A stretch of DNA of 60,000 nt from Lama glama (lineage: Eukaryota): NCBI GenBank assembly GCA_028534125.1, contig CM052818.1, positions 33,916,001 to 33,976,000 on the forward strand, given 5' to 3'. The translations under genes were made by a program, and so were the position numbers. The notes beneath the pieces were generated by a model, which saw nothing but the letters and a program-made list of their open reading frames with translations, did not search any database and was not told where the DNA came from. Within the stretch, counting starts at the first letter, position 1. Each line of letters starts with the position of its first letter. Below, one piece after another: positions 49,796-60,000 of the stretch.

Positions 49796-51010
49796 AACTT
49801 TATTTTATCTTATTTTATTTATTTATTATTTTTTTAAATTGAAGTCTAGTCAGTTTATAGTGTTGCATCAATTTCTAGTGTACAGGATAATGTTTCAGTC
49901 ATACATATACATACATATATTCCTTTTCATATTCTTTTTAATTATAAGTTACTACAAGATATTGAATATAGTTCCCTGTGCTCTACAGTATAAACTTGTT
50001 GTTTATCTAGTTTATATATAGTAGTTAGCATCTGCAAATCTTGGACTCTCAATTTATCCCTTCTCACCCCCTTTCCTTTTTGGTAACCATAAGTTTGTTT
50101 TCTGTCTGTGAGTCTGTTTCTGTTTTGTAAAAAATTTCATTTGTGTCTTTTTTTTTTTAGATTCTACATACAAGTGATATCATATGGTATTTTTCTTTCC
50201 CTTTCTGGCTTACTTCACTTAGAATGACAATCTCCAGGTGCATCCATGTTGCTGCAAATGGCATTATTTTATTCTTTTTTATGGGTGAGTAGTATTCCAT
50301 TGTATAAATACACCACATCTTCTTTATCCAGTCATATCAATGGATATTTAGGTTGTTTCCATGTCTTGGCTGTTGCAAATAGTGCTACTAAGAACACTGG
50401 GGTGTATCTTTTCCGCAAAAAGAAAAGATATATACCCAGGAGTGGGATTGCTGGATCATATGGTAAGTCTATTTTTAGATTTTTAAGGAATCTCCATCTG
50501 TGTTTTCCATAATGGCTGCACCAGACTACATTCCCACCAGCAGTGTAGGAGGGTTCCCTTTCCTTGACACCCTCTCCAGCATTTATCATTTGTGGATTTT
50601 TTAATGATGGCCATTCTGACTGGTGTGAGGTGGTACCTCATTGTAGTTTTGATTTGCATTTCTCTGATACTTAGCGATATTGAACATTTTTCCATGTGCC
50701 TATGGGCCATTTGTATGTCTTCCTTGGAGAATTGCTTGTGTGGGCCTTCTGCCGATTTTTGGATTGAGTTGTTTGTTTTTTTATTATTGAGTTGTATGAG
50801 CTGTTTGTATATTCTGGAAATTAAACCTTTGTCAGTCATATCATTTGCAAATATTTTCTCTCATTCTGTAGGTTGTCTTTTTGTTTTATTTATGATTTCC
50901 TTTGCTGTGCAGAAGCTTATAAGTTTAATTAAGTCCCATTTGTTTATTTTTGCTTTTACTTCTATTGTCTGGGTAGACTGCCCTAGGAGAACATTGCTAA
51001 GATTTATGTG
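49796..51010 (-). mobile_element. Young 5'-truncated L1 (about 1.2 kb, ORF2 C-terminal part plus 3' UTR)
   Basis: The - strand gives L1 ORF2 peptides ([51 protein letters not shown]) with frameshifts; T-rich tail; TGGTGAC on both flanks; 3' end highly similar to the copy at 32.4-33.0 kb. Confidence 0.95.
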
Positions 51011-54000
51011 GTGACCCTTTTATTAATCTTCTGAGGATCTGTCACAGCTTTCCCAGCCTTTTCTAGACTTTCAGGTTCTAATCCCAACACCTCTTTTTCC
51101 TTGGCAAATGACCTCAGCTTCTAAACCAGCCCCTCACTAAGCCCATAAACTTGGTATCCACCTTCCCACCACCAAGCATCAGAGTAACAAGTCTTATCAC
51201 CAAGTCCATGCCTCAGACTTCATTCTCTTCGGCCCACTGTGGGATCTGATCCTGCCAACACCTCTCCCTGTACCTCACATGCCTGAAATTCTAGGCGTCT
51301 TTGAGGGCTTTCTTCTGAGTTCCCCTCCATTCTTTCTGAGATTCAGGTTTTAGCCTTCTGCTCATTACTTCTTGCTCCCATTCTCTTGGTGAACAAATAC
51401 AGAGGCACGTATTTAAAGAGCTTCCGTTACCTTTATGTTGATGATTCAGTCAACAAATGGTTTATGAAGCACCTACTTTGTGCTCAATAATACTTTCCTT
51501 GGTGCTTGGGATATATTAGTGAATAACGTCTCTGTTCCCATGGCCCTTATGTTATCACACACACATATCACATTTATCTCTGTTGCACTTACTCCAGTTC
51601 CCCAGCTTCATTATCTACAGGACATCTTCACATAAGTCAGCAGCTGAAGAGTACCGTCCTGAGTCCATCCTTCCCCATCCCAAGCTGGCTCCCTGGTCTA
51701 CAGCCACCTTCACTCTCCTAATCTCAAGATCCCATACTGCAGAGCCATTTTCCACTTTCCTACCTTTAGTATTTTGTAACATCCATTCTTGTGTCTTAGT
51801 TCAGGCCCTTTTCACCCATCACCAGAGTTTAGTGCAGCAGCATCCTAGTTGGCTTCCCTGGTGGTGGAATGGCTCCTACCCCTGTCTCCTCTAGATGCTG
51901 CTGTCAGACTGGCCTTCCCTATACATGCATCTCCTCCTGGCCCTCATTCTCAGCCCCATGCCTCCACCAGTAATGTTGCCCTGTAGTCTACAAGATATAG
52001 TTACAGAATTACAGACACCTACTAATGCCACGCTGGCAGCTTCCAACTCTCCCCTTTCAACTTAAAGCCCTAAGGAGCACCAACTTGCCGTGGTTGCAGG
52101 TTGTTAGTGATAAGTGGCAGGAATAGGACGAAGGTGGCAAAGCTCCAAGTGGAATACCTATTTTCCAGGGATTTTCTTCTTCACTAGGATAGACAAGAGT
52201 TGGGGCAAATGATTTTGCAAGGATAATCAGCAAATATCAGACCTCTTTTCAAAAGGGGGATGTATTTAAAGAGTTCATCCAAGAATAAGTAAAAAAGAAT
52301 GTTAATGTTTATAAAGTGCTAGAACAGTGCTTGGCACATAATTAGAGCCATGTTAATTTTTTCTTTTTTATTTTAAAGAAATAGATTAAATCTCTTAAGT
52401 ATCTCAAGAGGAAAGGAGGCCAGGAAACTTGATTTTTTAAAAAATTGTTTATGGTTAATGGTGATCACATGGAGCACATGAAATTGTTTCTTAATGGGTG
52501 TGGAAGAGGCTCAGACATGGGTGTTTTGTTCAAAGGTCTGTTTTCGTTTCTTGCTGATAGCCTTTTATTTCCCAGTGTCATCTCATTTCTGGTTGTTGGG
52601 GAAAGAAGTTTATTCAACTTAGAGATGTGTTATGATTAGGAGAGCCAAAGAAAGGGTCAGGGAGGGAACACCTCCCACCACTTAGCAACTCAGTGGAATG
52701 TGTGTGCTGCTTGGCAGCAAACACGGCTTCTACTAGAGGGTGAGGCTGACTTCTGTGGGAATCTGTGGGTGACAGATCCCTGAGTACTTGGGAAAATAAT
52801 CTCTGATTTGTTCGAATAGGCTAAGATGGGTAACTGAAGTTCTAGAAAGGAGTAGGTTTCTAGAAATGATACTCTCCAACCAATGGTGTCCTCTGGGTAC
52901 CTGAGGGAGAACTCATGAGGGTCAGGGTTTGAAAAGCCTGGAAAGGGTTAACATTGACGAGACAGGACCAGATTGCTGACTGTGTTATGCCTAATTCCAC
53001 CCTTCTTCAAACAGTGCCTGTGGTTATAAACTCATAAACCCCTGCAGATTTCTTTTGGAATCTACATCCAAACCTCTTGGTCTGGCTCATCAGACTCTCA
53101 AACCTAACAATATAGAGCAGGAAGGCTTTGCAGGGTCTTGGGGGTGTCTCTTCACTGTGCTGCAGACACATGACTACCACTCCCATGTTCAAGCTGAAAA
53201 GTAAGAGTCTCCATCCTCCTCCCACTCACCTGCCAAACCAGCCCAAACCCCAACTCTGTAGGCCTTTCAGACTCTAGATCTGTGCTGGTCTCTCTTCTGA
53301 AAACTAGGTCTCCCCAGACACCTTAGATTTGTTCTCTGGTTGTTTAGATTTGCATGGCTTGTCTCTCCGACTAGTTTTGGACGAACTGAAAGCCTGAAAT
53401 GAATTTTTCCATTTTGTTTTAATAGAAAGATGGGTTTGAAATCAAATGGTCCTGAAAATGTGAATCATAGTGATGTGACTTTGATTAAGCCACCCAGTAA
53501 CTCTTCTGAGCATTTCTGCATCTGTAAATGGTTGGGAGATTGGTGTAAGATTAAATGAGAGTATGTGGAAAGTCCGGCTTACACTGTTTTCATATCACAA
53601 GTTCTGCCTCCTTTCCCCATCCCTGTAACACACTAATAGCTCTTTGCCACAAAGCAGGTTCTTCCTGAATGATGTTGTGGCAGTGTGGACCATCGTGTGC
53701 CAACCTGTGGCAGTTCAATTTGTAGAAGTCACTGGATGCCTGACCTCCTCAGAGGCCTCCAAGTTGAGGGTGAGAATTACCTTGTTCATCCTTATACTCC
53801 CACTGCACATGGGGCTTTGTACCCAGAGAGTAGCTAAGTTAAAGTCTGTTGGATCATGAAATTTCTCTAATGCTACTGTAGTCCATGCAAAGGAACAGCT
53901 CACACACTTTGAAAGATCCACAGAAGCCCTAAGATACCTGGGCTGCTCCACCCTAGTCCTCTACCCAAGGGTTTCCAAGCCGAAGCGCTCCTCAGCCCTC

Positions 54001-54531
54001 CATGGCATCTGCCCCACTGATCCTAGTCCCTTCTGGAAAGTCCAGTGTCTGGCAGTCTCCCAGGGATAGTAGGTAGGAGTGGCTCCTCCCAGTGACGGCA
54101 GCTGGAGAAATCTAAGTGAGGTTCTGAGGATGCAATGGCCGCCTCAGCCACTGAAGGAGAGGACTAACCTGACAGGAGAGAAGCGTCAAGGCCTACAGGA
54201 TAATGAACCTCACCAGTCAGGACCCGGATGCTCAGCCCTCTTCACCGTGACTCATGCAAATTAACTGAGGAAGGAGGGCTGGACACGTATCACTGTAGTG
54301 TAGGCCTCAGAGAGCACCAACAGACTGGCGTGTTCCTACCCGGAATCCCACAGAGCCATGACTCTGAAAATGCGGGGCCTGGCTTCTCCCTGTGGCCAGA
54401 ACATAAGGCTGCCCTTGTATTCAGGAAACTGTTCTGGTTTTCTAGAAGAAAGCTCTGCCTGTTACACTTAGCATTCTCTGCTGAAGCCGGAATACATGTA
54501 AGGAAGCAGGAAGCAGAGGCAGCTCAGCTGT

Positions 54532-54537
54532 TTTATT
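54532..54537 (-). terminator. CAD: CAD polyadenylation signal
   Basis: AATAAA on the - strand about 260 nt after the CAD stop. Confidence 0.85.
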
Positions 54538-54795
54538 ACGTCAGTGAAAAGTATCTTTACAGATCTGAGGTGTGGTGAGGGAGGCGGGGCTGACTGGGCT
54601 ACAGTGCCTGAGGCCCCAGCCCCGTGGCTAGGCCGCTCCAGTCCAGCCCAGTGCCTGGAGGTGGTCTCTGTGTGTGTGCATAGGAGCACATGACCTGTCT
54701 GGCCCCAGAGCGTCTACTAAGTGTGCTGCCTCCGAGGAGGGCACCGGATTCCATGCCCGGCAGCGGGGCCTGAGAAGAGGCTAAGGAGCTGGGCC

Positions 54796-59973
<5,178 letters not shown>

Positions 59974-60000
59974 TTACGGGGCAGACATGCTGAGGTGCTG

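Noticed and set aside
50332..51014. ORFs resembling a retroelement protein
   Set aside because: Frameshifted fragments of L1 ORF2 in a truncated copy; not a host gene or an active element.

Overview
Mammalian genomic DNA with the conserved gene order MPV17(+, 3' part) - UCN(+) - TRIM54(-) - DNAJC5G(-) - SLC30A3(+) - CAD(-, 3' part), syntenic to human 2p23. I reconstructed exon structures by hand from GT-AG boundaries and phase continuity: UCN 126 aa, TRIM54 366 aa, DNAJC5G 171 aa, SLC30A3 388 aa; MPV17 and CAD are cut by the window edges. Introns and intergenic DNA carry MIR, L2, old L1, MaLR LTRs, hAT elements, an ERV solo LTR and two copies of a young L1 family. I saw no Alu, B1/B2, Bov-A/BovB, PRE or Can-SINE; a camelid-type laurasiatherian is my unverified inference. 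I found no evidence of a new multi-gene system. The best second-look items are a frame-preserving candidate cassette exon (plus a neighbouring candidate poison exon) beside the CAD S1859 phosphosite, a near-perfect REST site upstream of UCN, His in place of ZnT3 Tyr357, and a pure (TGC)8 repeat encoding the DNAJC5G cysteine string. Repeat family names and comparisons with human or mouse proteins are from memory, not from searches.
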